Shown piece after piece: positions 29,439-41,699 of a DNA stretch of 64,000 nt. Every line of letters begins with the position of its first letter. Position 1 is the first letter of the stretch. Source of the stretch: Octopus sinensis (lineage: Eukaryota). Where the stretch lies: assembly GCF_006345805.1 (NCBI RefSeq), contig NC_042998.1:103974001-104038000 (forward strand), in the 5' to 3' direction. The notes under the pieces were generated by a model that made no database searches, was not told the origin of the DNA, and worked only from the letters and a program-made list of their open reading frames with translations. The translations under genes and the position numbers were made by a program.

Positions 29439-29580
29439 GACACCCACATTCACACGTATACACATATACACGTATACACCCACCAAACATACATACACAT
29501 ACATAATATAGCTATATCTATTGATCTAGCTAGCTATCTGACTATATATATATATATATATATATATACGTGTGTGTGTA

Positions 29581-29648
<68 letters not shown>

Positions 29649-30038
29649 TAAATACGCATATATGATATGATGTCAAAGATGATGCTGTTTTCTATGACAT
29701 TGAGTATCGCAAGATGAAATAAATGACAAGCAAAGTTTAAAGAAGAAAGATAAAAAAACAAAAAGTAAACACACTAACAACAATTGCAAGACAACATAAA
29801 ATAATGATAGAAATCTGTCTTTAATCAAGATCAGAAAAGAAATGTAACAGAAACGTGTAACTTCTGTATTTTCTGCCATTGATGTTGATGCTGTCAACGT
29901 TTTCAGTTTCGTCGTTATTATAGAGCTTTGTGCAGAGTAAAAAGGTTTAACAAGCGATTATCCCCAAAATACAACTAGCTACTTCTCACTTTTATACATC
30001 ACAAGTAAATAGCTTATATAAGGAAGAGGAAATTATAT

Positions 30039-30156
<118 letters not shown>

Positions 30157-30261
30157 ACACACATAAACAGGGAGGTTACATTTATTTACATGACTACATT
30201 GCAAATACATAGATAGAGCAATATTTATATGCACGTATACAAGTATACACGTCAATGTACG

Positions 30262-30292
<31 letters not shown>

Positions 30293-30667
30293 TTATATAC
30301 TATCCATATTTACATACGCAACTATACATAAACAGGTTTATGTGGTTGTTAAAATACTTGTGCATATATACATATACATATAACACACACACACAGATAT
30401 ATATGTATATATATGTATATATATATAAATAGATGAGTGTATTTTTACCTTGTTAACAATTAACACGGAAAAATAAATAAATAGTTACCAAGGCAGCAAA
30501 AATCTCACAAGTAAAGGTGTTGTAACTCCTTGTTATAAAGGTTGAAACTTCGTGTTTACGTTGAATGTTGAATATTTGAATAAAATGAGTAGTAAAAAAA
30601 ATGTGGAGTACAAAGTAAAAATACTTGTTTACACTGCGTTAACTCCATTTTTATTCATATATAAATA

Positions 30668-30797
<130 letters not shown>

Positions 30798-30911
30798 GAG
30801 TGTATTTTTACCTTGTTAACAATTAACACGGAAAAATAAATAAATAGTTACCAGGGCAGCAAAAATCTAATCTAAGGGCACTAGACTCTTTGGAAGAAAG
30901 CAAGCGAATGT

Positions 30912-30976
<65 letters not shown>

Positions 30977-31012
30977 TAGTATATATATATATGTATATAT
31001 ATATGATGTGTG

Positions 31013-31090
<78 letters not shown>

Positions 31091-31104
31091 GGATATATAT
31101 ATTG

Positions 31105-31153
<49 letters not shown>

Positions 31154-31182
31154 TATATAATATATATATTATAGATATATAT

Positions 31183-31248
<66 letters not shown>

Positions 31249-31289
31249 ATATTATATAATTCGAGACCTAAGTTACGTACGCCGCTATA

Positions 31290-31780
31290 TGTATATATAA
31301 AAAAGAAAACAAAAAAATGAAACAACGTAACAGGCGACAACAAAATATCTGGACAGTTAGACGATGCAAAAAAGGACAGGAAAAAACAAGGACGGGTTAT
31401 TCGGAACTTCCTATCCTCAGCCGGTTACACTCGAGACTTTTCTAATCTTGCCGGCCCCAAGAAAATCTAATCTAAGGACACTAGACTCTTTGGAAGAAAG
31501 CAGGCGAATGTATAGTTAAACAAGGACGATAAAAAACAGTAGAAATAGTGCACAGTTACAAATACAAACAATAGGACATTAACAACAGGTGTCTTTCGAC
31601 TAAGGACGAATTAAATTAAGCTGGCACGTGTGGATGTGAAGCCTTACGGCAGGGACATAACTGAGGTGAATGTCACGGGAAGGAATATAAGAGATGCTAC
31701 ACGGATGGTAGTCGAACCAAGAAAGAAAGATCAGGTTTGGCGGACCACCGCTCACGTGGAATAAGATGCGTACATGCTTA
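31290..31780 (-). mobile_element. Penelope-associated repeat tail with hammerhead-like motif
   Basis: Minus-strand CGG CTGAGGA TA GGAAGTTCC GAAT AAC CCG at 31393-31423. Confidence 0.45.
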
Positions 31781-31929
31781 TATGTACATATATTATACAT
31801 AGTTAAATAAAATTCGGGTAAAAACGTTATGGAATGAAAGCTTTACAAAGCTCGCCTATAGTTATTCGATATCCGATGTCATCATACAGTGGAAATGTTC
31901 TTGGATATATACCATGAAGTCATTATAAA

Positions 31930-32009
31930 TTTGAACTCAGAACGCAGCAGCAAACGAAATACCGCTAAGCATTTCGTCCGGCGTGCTAACGATTCTGCCA
32001 GCTCACCGA
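31930..32009 (-). mobile_element. SINE family B 5' fragment
   Basis: ttgaactcagaacg...ccggcgtgctaacgattctgccagctc. Confidence 0.8.
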
Positions 32010-32410
32010 GAAAATTGTTTCTGCCCACATATCGTGGAAGGAAATTGACAAGAGCTTGGGTGTATGTGCTGCCACTCGGAATAGAGCCCGAGTGGACTGA
32101 GGACACTATCCGCCGGGGTCTGGGTGGAAGCGGAGCCAAGCTCTTGAATGTTAAAGTGATGCCTGCAGCTGATTGGATGGCGTCAAAAGCAGTTTTGACC
32201 CTGTGGACCTAATCAGCCGATGATCTGTTGTTCACAGATTTTTTGAGGATGGCCGGGTTCAGGTATCCGGTGATTCTTGAGGGATGCCTCCCCCCCCCAC
32301 CAAGTGTCATCAGTGCCTGGAGCCTGGCCACATTAAGAAGAACTGCCCCAGGGACCAGAGCAGGGTCCTGGAGCAGTTAGTTGTGGAAGAACTCCTTCCT
32401 CCTCCGTAAA
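32010..32410 (+). pseudogene. Retrotransposon gag/ORF1-like fragment with CX2CX4HX4C zinc knuckle
   Basis: LPTYRGRKLTRAWVYVLPLG..FRYPVILEG, then after a slip in a C run KCHQCLEPGHIKKNCP; in-frame stop near 32210. Confidence 0.7.
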
Positions 32411-32530
32411 GAGAGATGGAAGAAAAGTACACCGGATACCTGGACCCGGCCATCCTCAAAAAATCTGTGAACAACATATCATCGGCTGATTATGTCCACA
32501 GGGTCAAAACTGCTTTTGACGCCACCCAAT
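32172..32530. repeat. 101-bp inverted repeat (4 mismatches), 157-bp spacer
   Basis: 32172-32272 versus the reverse complement of 32430-32530. Confidence 0.95.
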
Positions 32531-32532
32531 AA

Positions 32533-32660
32533 AGTAGATTGCTTACCATCCACTGTGTGGCACTTTGGGCAAGTGTCTTCTACTAGAGCTTAGGGCCGAC
32601 CAAAGCCTTGTGATTGGATTTGGTAGATGGAAACTGAAAGAAGCCTGTCGTATATATATA
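32533..32660 (+). mobile_element. SINE family A fragment
   Basis: gggcaagtgtcttctactagagc...ggaaactgaaagaagcctgtcg. Confidence 0.8.
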
Positions 32661-33119
32661 TTTAACGAAAAAGAAGAACGAAAATGCTCCTTTTTTTTTT
32701 AAATTGGGTGCATTAAAATTTTTTTTTATATAAATGCATTAAAAATGTTTTAGTTTTACTTGTTTCTGTTGTTTAGAAACCTTATCAAAAAGAAGTATTT
32801 AAATTAAATATGTAGAGAAAAAAATTATTATTAAAATTATTAATGAAATATATGTTCATAGTGTACTTTTCTTTTTCTGCAAGAGCACGTGGTAATTTCC
32901 ATTAATTTTTGTGGCATTACTAGTAGCAACTTCAGCTGCTGTCTGTGATGGTAAATTAAGTAGTGTGGTCAAAACTGTTTTCAAAAGGGGTGGCCACAGC
33001 AGTCAAGTAAGTGGTAGCAGCAATAATAGTCGTCATAAAGTTATCTCCCTTGTGGTCTTCACATTTATTTAAGTTCTTATCTTTATTTCTTATGAATACT
33101 ATACATATTGTTTCAGTGT

Positions 33120-33905
33120 TCCGAGCCTAAAGAATTTAGACTTGGTTGATACTTTCTTATGAAATGCATTTCCTTGCTATTGCGTTCATTTTGGTTAGCA
33201 CTGTCTTTGAATTTGTATAAGGGAAAAGTTCTGAAATTGGGATATATATTGGATGCACTTGTCTACGTGTTCGCTGACCGATATTTTCCTGTATTCCGGA
33301 ATTCTAATTTGGGGGTTGTGCACTGACATCCTCTGAAGTATGCTGTTTTTTGTGTGTCCAGTATATTGCCGTTTGCATCCGGATCATGCAATTAAGTAAA
33401 TCAAATTCTCCGTTGCAAATGCTAAGTTAGTTTTTATGGTAAACTCTTGGCCTTGTTCCAATCGGTATTCTGATCCTTCTATTATCTTGATACAGATTCC
33501 ACAGTTGATCCTCCTGCACTTTTTTTACTGTTGGCTTTGTGTAGTTTGGCCTGGGTTAAAATCCTCTTCGTTGATTTTGGCTGTCTCTTACTTTTGATGA
33601 TAGTATGTGTTTGGAGGATTTGGTTCATCTTTGGGTCCCTCTTGAGTAGAGCTGTGCTATGGAGTATAGTGATGAAGACCTCCTTGTTATCTGGGTTGTG
33701 TGTGGAGATGTAAGGCAGCGTTTTCAATTTTTCTTCCTTCTTTGGTCCTGATTGTCAAAGTTCTTGTGTATTTAATTTAAGGACTCGTATTGTCGATTAA
33801 GGGTTGTGGGTAATTCCTATTGAAGAGTGTAGTTTTTCATTCCCGGAGTCATGTGTAACGGATGTTTGTGTCTGATATTATTGCGCATATTCTTTTGGCT
33901 AAACA
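33120..33905 (-). mobile_element. Penelope-like element: RT C-terminus, linker and GIY-YIG, pseudogenised
   Basis: AKRICAIISD..NRNYP..LPYISTHNPDNK..KSKRQPK..NLIYLI..GCKRQYTG..EMHFIRKYQPSLN. Confidence 0.85.
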
Positions 33906-34252
33906 AAGGGGGATATTTATCCTGGTGCGTATCAGGTAGCAAGAATAAAATGGCAAATGCTGTTTCGAGTCTGTGGGTTTGTAATAAATATTTGTCTCTA
34001 TTTTGTTCCCGACTTTCTTAATAAGGATATCTAAAAACGGTAATAGAAGGACTAAGATTTACCCTAGAGAACAATTATTGCCTAAGCTATACCAGTCTGT
34101 CAATGTCGTAACGGCAGAAATCATCGGGTTTTGACTCAAAGAATTCATCGAAACACATTTGCAGTTTCACGGCCCTGAATGTAGGAAAGTGACCGAAAAA
34201 TATGATAATCTGAGAGCACTATATCAAGGGAAAATACGATTCTATCATAAGA

Positions 34253-34496
34253 TGGTATCACAAGGCGGCGAGCTGGCAGAAACGTTAGCACGCCGGGCAA
34301 AATGCTTAGCAGTATTTCGTCTGCCGTTACGTTCTGAGTTCAAATTCCGCCAAGGTCGACTTTGCCTTTCATCCTTCCGGGGTCGATAAATTAAGTACCA
34401 GTTACGCACTGGGGTCGATATAATCGACTTAATCCGTTTGTCTGTCCTTGTTTGTCCTCTCTGTGTTTAGCCCCTTGTGGGTAGTAAAGAAATAGG
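34253..34496 (+). mobile_element. SINE family B monomer ending in the array linker, with TSD
   Basis: TSD tatcataaga at 34243-34252 and 34497-34506. Confidence 0.88.
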
Positions 34497-35058
34497 TATC
34501 ATAAGAGCATCCCTGCTGCTGGGCCAATTCCTTTGTGAGCTGGCAGCAATCATCGTTGATGAGCTCGTTCAATCGGTTTACTATTTGAAATTATCAGCCG
34601 AGACAGAGAAACTGTGAGGTAGGATTTTTCGTATTTCAAGCATGGAAATCATTTCCGTGCAGTCCCTTCAGTAATAGCCTCTTCTCTATAGACAAGCAAC
34701 TTTGGCAGTTTAGAACCTTATTGATTTATTTCCACTTGAAACTCTATGGTCACATGTGTGAAAAAAATAGAAAATTTATTCGAATTTCCAAAACGATGAT
34801 AAACAAATATTATAAAAATGAATAGAGCTACAAAAAAGAAATCTAAGATAAATATTGTTTCTGTCGTAATTGAAATAACGTTGGAAAGAAACGAAAGAAT
34901 TTTTCTGACAATGCAATAGATTCGTAGAATTATCAATAACATAAATTTGTAAAAAATGACTGTACTGTCTGGCGTATATTGTACGTCACGTAAGCATCTA
35001 CGAGATCATTTTTATAGACGTACACATACTTGCGAATATACACATACACGTATACATA

Positions 35059-35133
<75 letters not shown>

Positions 35134-35449
35134 GATCTTTACTCATGAGTAGACCCATGAGTAAAGATCATTTACTACCATGTTTCTATTGATGAGATTC
35201 ACCTCTCTGTCTATATACCTACCCTCTTTGTAATGTTGGAAAATGGAATAAGTACAAAAATGAATATTATTAATTTAATTAGAAAATTCCAAACGTGGCC
35301 GAATATTGCTCTGCATTTTAAACTGATGTAATACTTACATAGTTTAATTAAATGAAGCAGCATGAAACGATTGTACTGCACTACCTTTGGATATCCTTGT
35401 TGCTTATTTTGATTATATATATCTGTGTATGTGTGTGTATATATATATA

Positions 35450-35493
<44 letters not shown>

Positions 35494-35564
35494 GTGTGTG
35501 TGTGTGTGGTGTGTGTATATATATATGTATATATATATATGTTATATATATATGTATATATATG

Positions 35565-35637
<73 letters not shown>

Positions 35638-35765
35638 TATATAACAATTTAGGAGTGACCCCAACAGGTCACTCGTCCACCAGAAAGAGCAGCCATAACT
35701 CACACCGCCAAGTAGTAGTAATTTAGAAATTAGGTGAAAATTTAAAAAACATTTACCCTAATTCA

Positions 35766-35867
35766 TCTTTTAGACGTTGCAACGTTTCTGTGTCATTAAT
35801 GATTAAATTAGCTTAATTAAATTAAATTAAGCCAATCTACCATAGGTTACACTTCATCAGTAAAAGA
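35766..35867 (-). ncRNA. Type I hammerhead ribozyme, near-canonical
   Basis: Minus strand: helix I TCTTTTA/TAAAAGA (7 bp), CTGATGA, A-GTGT...ACAC-A helix II, GAAAC, palindromic helix III ACGTTGCAACGT, GTC cleavage triplet. Confidence 0.75.
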
Positions 35868-36225
35868 CATATATATATATGTGTGTGTGTATATAAGAAA
35901 AAGGGACAGGCAAACAGGTTGCTTGACCGCATACCGAAAGAAAAATAGAAATAGCAGTCAAGAATGCTTATTTCTATCAAAGTTGGACTCCGGGCACGAC
36001 AAACCCTGTAATTCACATATGCAAAACAGAAGGAATAGATAACGAAAACGAAGTCTGGTGGTTATCTGTGAACATCATGTTTCTGGATTATAAACATATT
36101 GAATATATATTTCATATATATTTTTGATATATATTTCATATACATTGCATATATATTTCACATCCTTCTTCAGCACAGCTTTCCATTGAAAAAGATTTAT
36201 CATAGATTTATCAAATGCTACGTAC

Positions 36226-36336
36226 CTCAAACCTTCTGACCATGCGACATCAAAATATTTGAAGAAATTGAGCAAAGCTAAACCTACATAGACGTTTGAA
36301 TTCGTAAATCTTCCCTCCAAAATTTTGCCATGCGCA
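36226..36336 (-). CDS. Candidate 111-bp internal exon of an unidentified gene
   Basis: Acceptor tatttttgtag, donor GAG|gtacgt, open phase-2/phase-2 frame AHGKILEGRFTNSNVYVGLALLNFFKYFDVAWSEGL; no homologue recognised. Confidence 0.2.
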
Positions 36337-36417
36337 CTACAAAAATAGTTCCATAAGATTGGTAACTATTGGGTTGTCATAAGGGAGTGATATATATATA
36401 TATATATACATACATAC

Positions 36418-36720
36418 ATTTATATTTTTATTTTAGTTAATCCAAACATGAAAACACAAAGAGAAAACAAAAGCAATGCGAGGACGTGGAAAAAGTATAG
36501 TGTTATTGGACGCTCAAGAAAAGAAAGAAAGAAGGAGGATTTAACGTTTGGGAGCGGAGCTCTTCTTCAGAAACATAGAAAAAGGAAAGATCCAAGGAAG
36601 GGAAGACGGAGAGGAAAACAATCGCCAACTATACACACAGGCATACGCAGAAAGGGAGAAGCAAAAATACAGACAGACAGAGACGGACCAAATTAGGAGT
36701 GAACGAAACAACAAGTATAT
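36418..36720 (-). mobile_element. Penelope-associated tail with decayed minimal hammerhead
   Basis: Minus 36540-36573: TTT CTGAAGA A GAGC TCC GCTC CCAAAC GTT AAA. Confidence 0.55.
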
Positions 36721-37033
36721 TAATAAATTTTAAGTACAAATTTAAATTGCACGTAAGCGTTTTAGTCTAGTTAACACCAAACTAAATCAATTTAATTTAC
36801 ATCGTACGCATCGTATTTTTTACGAGTCTTTATTTGGTCTTCTACAAATACTAATTGAATTAATTGTGTAATTTATAGACCGTAAATTAAGCTACTAATG
36901 GTATGCACTAATTAGTACAGACACAACACTACTAAGTCGGTGATTAGCAAGAGCATATTGAAAATACCAAAATTTCGTAATTGATAAAAGAAATATATGA
37001 GCGGGTGATACATGTGCACTACGATCATACAAA

Positions 37034-37081
<48 letters not shown>

Positions 37082-37264
37082 TGTGCGTGTGCGCGCGTGT
37101 ATGTGTGTGTGTGTGTAGTTCCAGAGGGTGAAGAGTTCAAAAAGAAGCTATGTCCCGATTGATAAGTGTCACGGCACGCAATCCTCGGCCGTTGAGTCAC
37201 TCAGTAACTTTCACCAGTTGATCACACAAAAATGTATAAATAAATTTATGTATATTTATACGTG

Positions 37265-37295
<31 letters not shown>

Positions 37296-37300
37296 TGTGT

Positions 37301-37347
<47 letters not shown>

Positions 37348-37750
37348 GTGTGTGTGTGTGTGCGTGCGTGCGTGTGAATGTTAAGATGAAAAATTCAAGA
37401 TTGATACTATAGCTGAAAACTATGTTCAGTGTGATGCTCAAAGTTAGTAGCAAATGAGTTTGAAAATCTCAGCTGGCTATATGGATTTCTTCTGTTAAAT
37501 TATTGTTGACGTGTCTCCTGCATATTTGTGCAAATCATATAAAATGGCTACCGTTCTTTAAAATAGTTTATGCCCAAAATCACGTGATTACGAACTAACT
37601 TCAAAGTTATATATATAGTGTTGTATGTTATTGTAAGGAGTAGTTTAATGTTTTTTTCTTCTTTTCAACGGATATAGTAAGATTTGATAGTAACCTGACC
37701 ATGTCTAACTTCAAAATGGACTGACGTTAGGGTAGGTTACGAATGTTAAC

Positions 37751-38071
37751 CTTTCTTTTATTATTTTATTTGTTCCAGGCATTTGACTGCGGCCATGCTG
37801 GAGCACTGCGTTTAGTCGAATAAATCGACTTCAGGACTATTTCCTTGTAAGCCTAGTACTTATTCTATCGGTCTCAACCAGCATCGGTTGTCAAGCGGTG
37901 TTGTGGGGAAGGGGCAAACACAGACATACAAACATATACATACATATATATATACATATACATATATATACATATACATATATATATATACATATACATA
38001 TATATATATACATATACATATATATACATATACGCATACATATACATATACATATACATATATATATATAC

Positions 38072-38102
<31 letters not shown>

Positions 38103-38385
38103 CATGTATATATATATATGTATATGGATATGTATGTGTATATGTATATATATGTATATGTATATATATATATATGTATATGTATATGTATATATATGTA
38201 TATGTATATATATGTTTGTATGTATATGGCTTCTTTCAGTTTCCGTCTACCTTATCCACTCATAAGGCTTTGGTCGGCCCTAGGCTATAGCAGAAGACAT
38301 TTGCTCAAAGGTGACACGCTGTGGGACTGAACCCAGAACCATGTGGCTGGTAAGCAAGCCACTTACCACAGCTACACCTGCGCCT
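37751..38385 (-). mobile_element. SINE family A with expanded internal microsatellite and a deletion
   Basis: catttgactgcggccatgctggagcac...gtgggactgaacccagaaccatgtgg. Confidence 0.85.
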
Positions 38386-38417
38386 TTCAATTTAATTATA
38401 TATATATATATATATAT

Positions 38418-39715
38418 CGGTTCGCGGAACACCTCCGAGACATCCGCCTCGCCTATGACACTCCAGTCTCACGCCATTTCCGCACCACCGATCACTCCTT
38501 CACTCCTTGCAACACCTGTCTGTGTTTGGATTGTCCTTGCACAGAGGCCATCCGGATTCCAGCTTGCGCCGTGAACAGAGATTAATCTTTTCTCTTCGCT
38601 CTTTTACGCCATTTGGGCTCAACTCCACCCCCTTTTCATTTAACCTCCTCCCCGACTCCTACTTCTCTTCACTCCTACATCTTTTCACCCCTACTCTCTT
38701 TCCCTCTTCTTCCCTTCTTTCCCTTCTTCCCTCTCTCCCTCTCCTCTCCTCTCCTCTCCCTCTCCTCTCCTCTCCTCTCCTCTCCTCTCCTCTCCTCTCC
38801 CTCTCCTCTCCTTCCCCTCCTCCTCCTCCTACTCCTACTCCCCTCCTCTCCTCTCCCTCTCCCTCTCCTCTCCCTCTCCTCTCCCTCTCCTCTCCCTCTC
38901 CTCTCCCTCTCCTCTCCTCTCCTTCCCCTCCTCCTCCTCCCCTCTCTTCTCTCTCCCCCATCCCCCACCCTTCTCTTCTCTCCTTCTCTCCTCCTCTCTC
39001 TCCTCATATACCCACCTTCCCCTCCCCCATAAACCCACCCATTCCTACTTCACCTTCCCTATCCTTCCCACCCCTTCCCCATTCTAACCCACACTCTCCT
39101 ACACACCTCACCCCTATCCCACACCTCCCCTCTACATACCTCACCCCTCCCCCTCCCCCACATACCTCACCTCTAACCCTACCCTCTACCTACCCACAAC
39201 CCCCCACTCTACCCAAACCCCCAGCTGAACCCACACCCCACCTGTGCTTTTCCCACTCTCGCCTCCCCCACTTCACCACCCACACACCCGTCCCCACATC
39301 TTTACACCTACACTTACATACACATATCACATCACAACACACCACCCACACACCCATCCCCCACATCTCCACACCCACGTCCAGACCACCAGCCCTCTTT
39401 CAACACAGATACATACTCTCTTATACACGCACGCACCTTTGTGTTGGGGGCACCTTCGTACTGGAAGTCACTTGACCCTGTTATCTCCCCTACTGTCCCT
39501 CTCGCGTCTGACCACTGTCCGAAGTCAGGACGCCATGATAGATCGTTAGCTCCTACTCGCATTTTTTTCTCTCCTTGTTTTTTTCTGTGTATCTTTCTGT
39601 CGAAGAACGTAGGCTCGAAACGTAAAAGACTTTTTCTATTCCTGAGCGTTATACTAATACATTTGTTTGTTTGTGCTCCACCTGCCTTCGTCTTTTGTTT
39701 ATTTCCGTAAACTTT
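38418..39715 (+). mobile_element. 5'-truncated Penelope-like element (GIY-YIG C-terminus, pyrimidine-rich spacer, hammerhead-bearing tail)
   Basis: RFAEHLRDIRL..PVSRHF..LSLHRGHPDS.LRREQRLIFSLRS, same family as 49826-52085. Confidence 0.85.
39592..39629 (+). ncRNA. Minimal type I hammerhead-like motif, A6U variant
   Basis: TCTTT CTGTCGA A GAAC GTAG GCTC GAAAC GTA AAAGA: 5-bp helix I, palindromic ACGT helix III, GTA triplet; core deviates at position 6. Confidence 0.55.
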
Positions 39716-39874
39716 CCCTTTACACACATATATATATATATATATATATAAACAACTTATAAATAAGGGCAAACGAAAAAATTTCTAATGTTTATAAATT
39801 TAACCTTTAAAGGTATTTTTTAATATGCCGGCCATTGATAACATTTTTTTCGAAAAAATTTTATCCTACATTAA

Positions 39875-40014
<140 letters not shown>

Positions 40015-40349
40015 GAATTTTTCACAGTAGCTAATGCACATGACCACGGTTCAGAATCTGTTTTCGACTCATTTTGGAAATGTTTGCTAACGTACAGAGA
40101 TTTTGGTTTTGCTTCTCCTGCATAGCTAGAATCAAGAGACTGGAATAAGTACATAATTGGAAGTATTTTAATAATTATTTCGTTTCTGATTAGGAAACAA
40201 TTTTTTAAATATTACATAGCAAAAAGTAGAATTAAAAACAGACTGTTCTCTGGCGGAATAGTTAGCATTTCGTTCAATAGAACAAAATGCTTGCACGAAT
40301 TGACGTTACCTAAGTGGGTTTTTTTTTCTTGAACTAAACGTAGCATGTG

Positions 40350-41192
40350 ATGCGTATAAAATTCCATCTATACAGAACCCATCAGGACAACAAATAATGG
40401 AAAAACAGTATGTGAAAGATTTAGGCATCCACATGGGAACCAACCTAAAATTCAGAGAACACCTTGACTCAGTCTGTCTTACTGCAAGAAAGTACAGCGG
40501 GTGGATCTTGCGCACCTTCAAATCAAGAGATACCTCAACAATGAAAACCCTCTGGAACAGTATGATACTTCCGAGGATTGACTACTGTTCTCAGTTGTGG
40601 TCACCAACAACAAAGGGCCAACTATCTAAGATAGAATCGCTCCAAAGAAATTTTACCTCATACTTCTCAGAAACGAGGGACCTGGACTATTGGCAAAGAC
40701 TCAAAACCTTGAGGATGTACTCAATAGAAAGAAGATTTGAGCGATACCGAATTATATACATTTGGAAAATGATAGAGCAGAAGGTGCCAAACTTTGGTAT
40801 CAAAACCTACCACTCACTGCGCCACGGAAGACGCTGCCAGCTGCCACCAATCAACAAAAGGCTGGCCAGGCAGCAAAAACCCTGCGAGAATCAAGTCTGT
40901 TGGTTCGAGGAGCACAACTGTTCAACTCCATTCCGGTACATGTCAGAAATCTATCAGGATGCAGTGTGGAATCATTCAAATTGCAACTGGATAGATACTT
41001 AAGCACCATTAGAGATGAACCCCATCTCCCAGGATATACACAACGAGCACAAACTGACTCAAACTCGCTCCTACACATGTCAAATTTAAGCAGAGAATAC
41101 AACCTGGCAACCACACCAGACTCTGAGGGTGGAGTCTTCGACTTGGCCTGAGCATGGACTCAAACCCAAATGAAATGAAATGAAATGAAATA
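40350..41192 (+). mobile_element. 5'-truncated CR1/L2-group LINE with (AAATG)n tail
   Basis: VKDLGI..ILRTFKSRD..PRIDYCSQLWSP..IESLQRNFT..LDYWQRLKTLRMYSIERRFERYRIIYIWK, a frameshift, then RGAQLFNSIP..FKLQLDRYL; tail aaatgaaatgaaatg. Confidence 0.92.
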
Positions 41193-41329
41193 TAACCATG
41201 CTAGACCTTGTATTTTTCAACACGTTACACAAGGTATGTTACACGAAATTTCTCAAGGCTTGTTATACAAAATTTATGTAGACCTCGTGTGCCTAGTTAT
41301 GGTGCTATTGCGCTTTTGCTATATAATAC

Positions 41330-41625
41330 TGACTTCAAATTTTGGCTCAAGACCAGCAATTTCAGGGGAGGGGGAGGCTAGTTGATTACATCAATCCCCG
41401 TGCTCAACTGGTACTTATTTCATCGACTCTGAAAGGATGAAAGGCAAAGTCAACCTCGGTAGCATTTGAACGTAAAGAAGTACGAAATGCCGCTACGCTT
41501 TGTGTCCGGCGTGCTATCGATTCTGCCAGAGAGTCGCTTTTTTTGGGGGGGGGGGGGCGGGGGTCGATCTAATCGACTGGCTCCCTCCCCAAAATTTTCG
41601 GACCTTGTGCATAGAGTAGTAAACA
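41330..41625 (-). mobile_element. SINE family B copy or copies, degenerate
   Basis: tggtacttattt..cgactctgaaaggatgaaaggcaaagtcaacc..gattctgccag. Confidence 0.75.
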
Positions 41626-41699
41626 ATAAATGTGAATATCGGAAAAATATTAACGTATTACTAGTGCAAAAGTGATATTTGTAAAATATCTAGATATGG

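Noticed and set aside
38507-39475. 322-aa Pro/Ser/Leu-rich ORF
   Set aside because: The first roughly 45 aa are a GIY-YIG remnant and the rest is (CT)n/C-rich low complexity.
40028-40139. Open frames with acceptors on both strands next to (GT)n
   Set aside because: Equally plausible on either strand and with no homology, so not distinguishable from chance.
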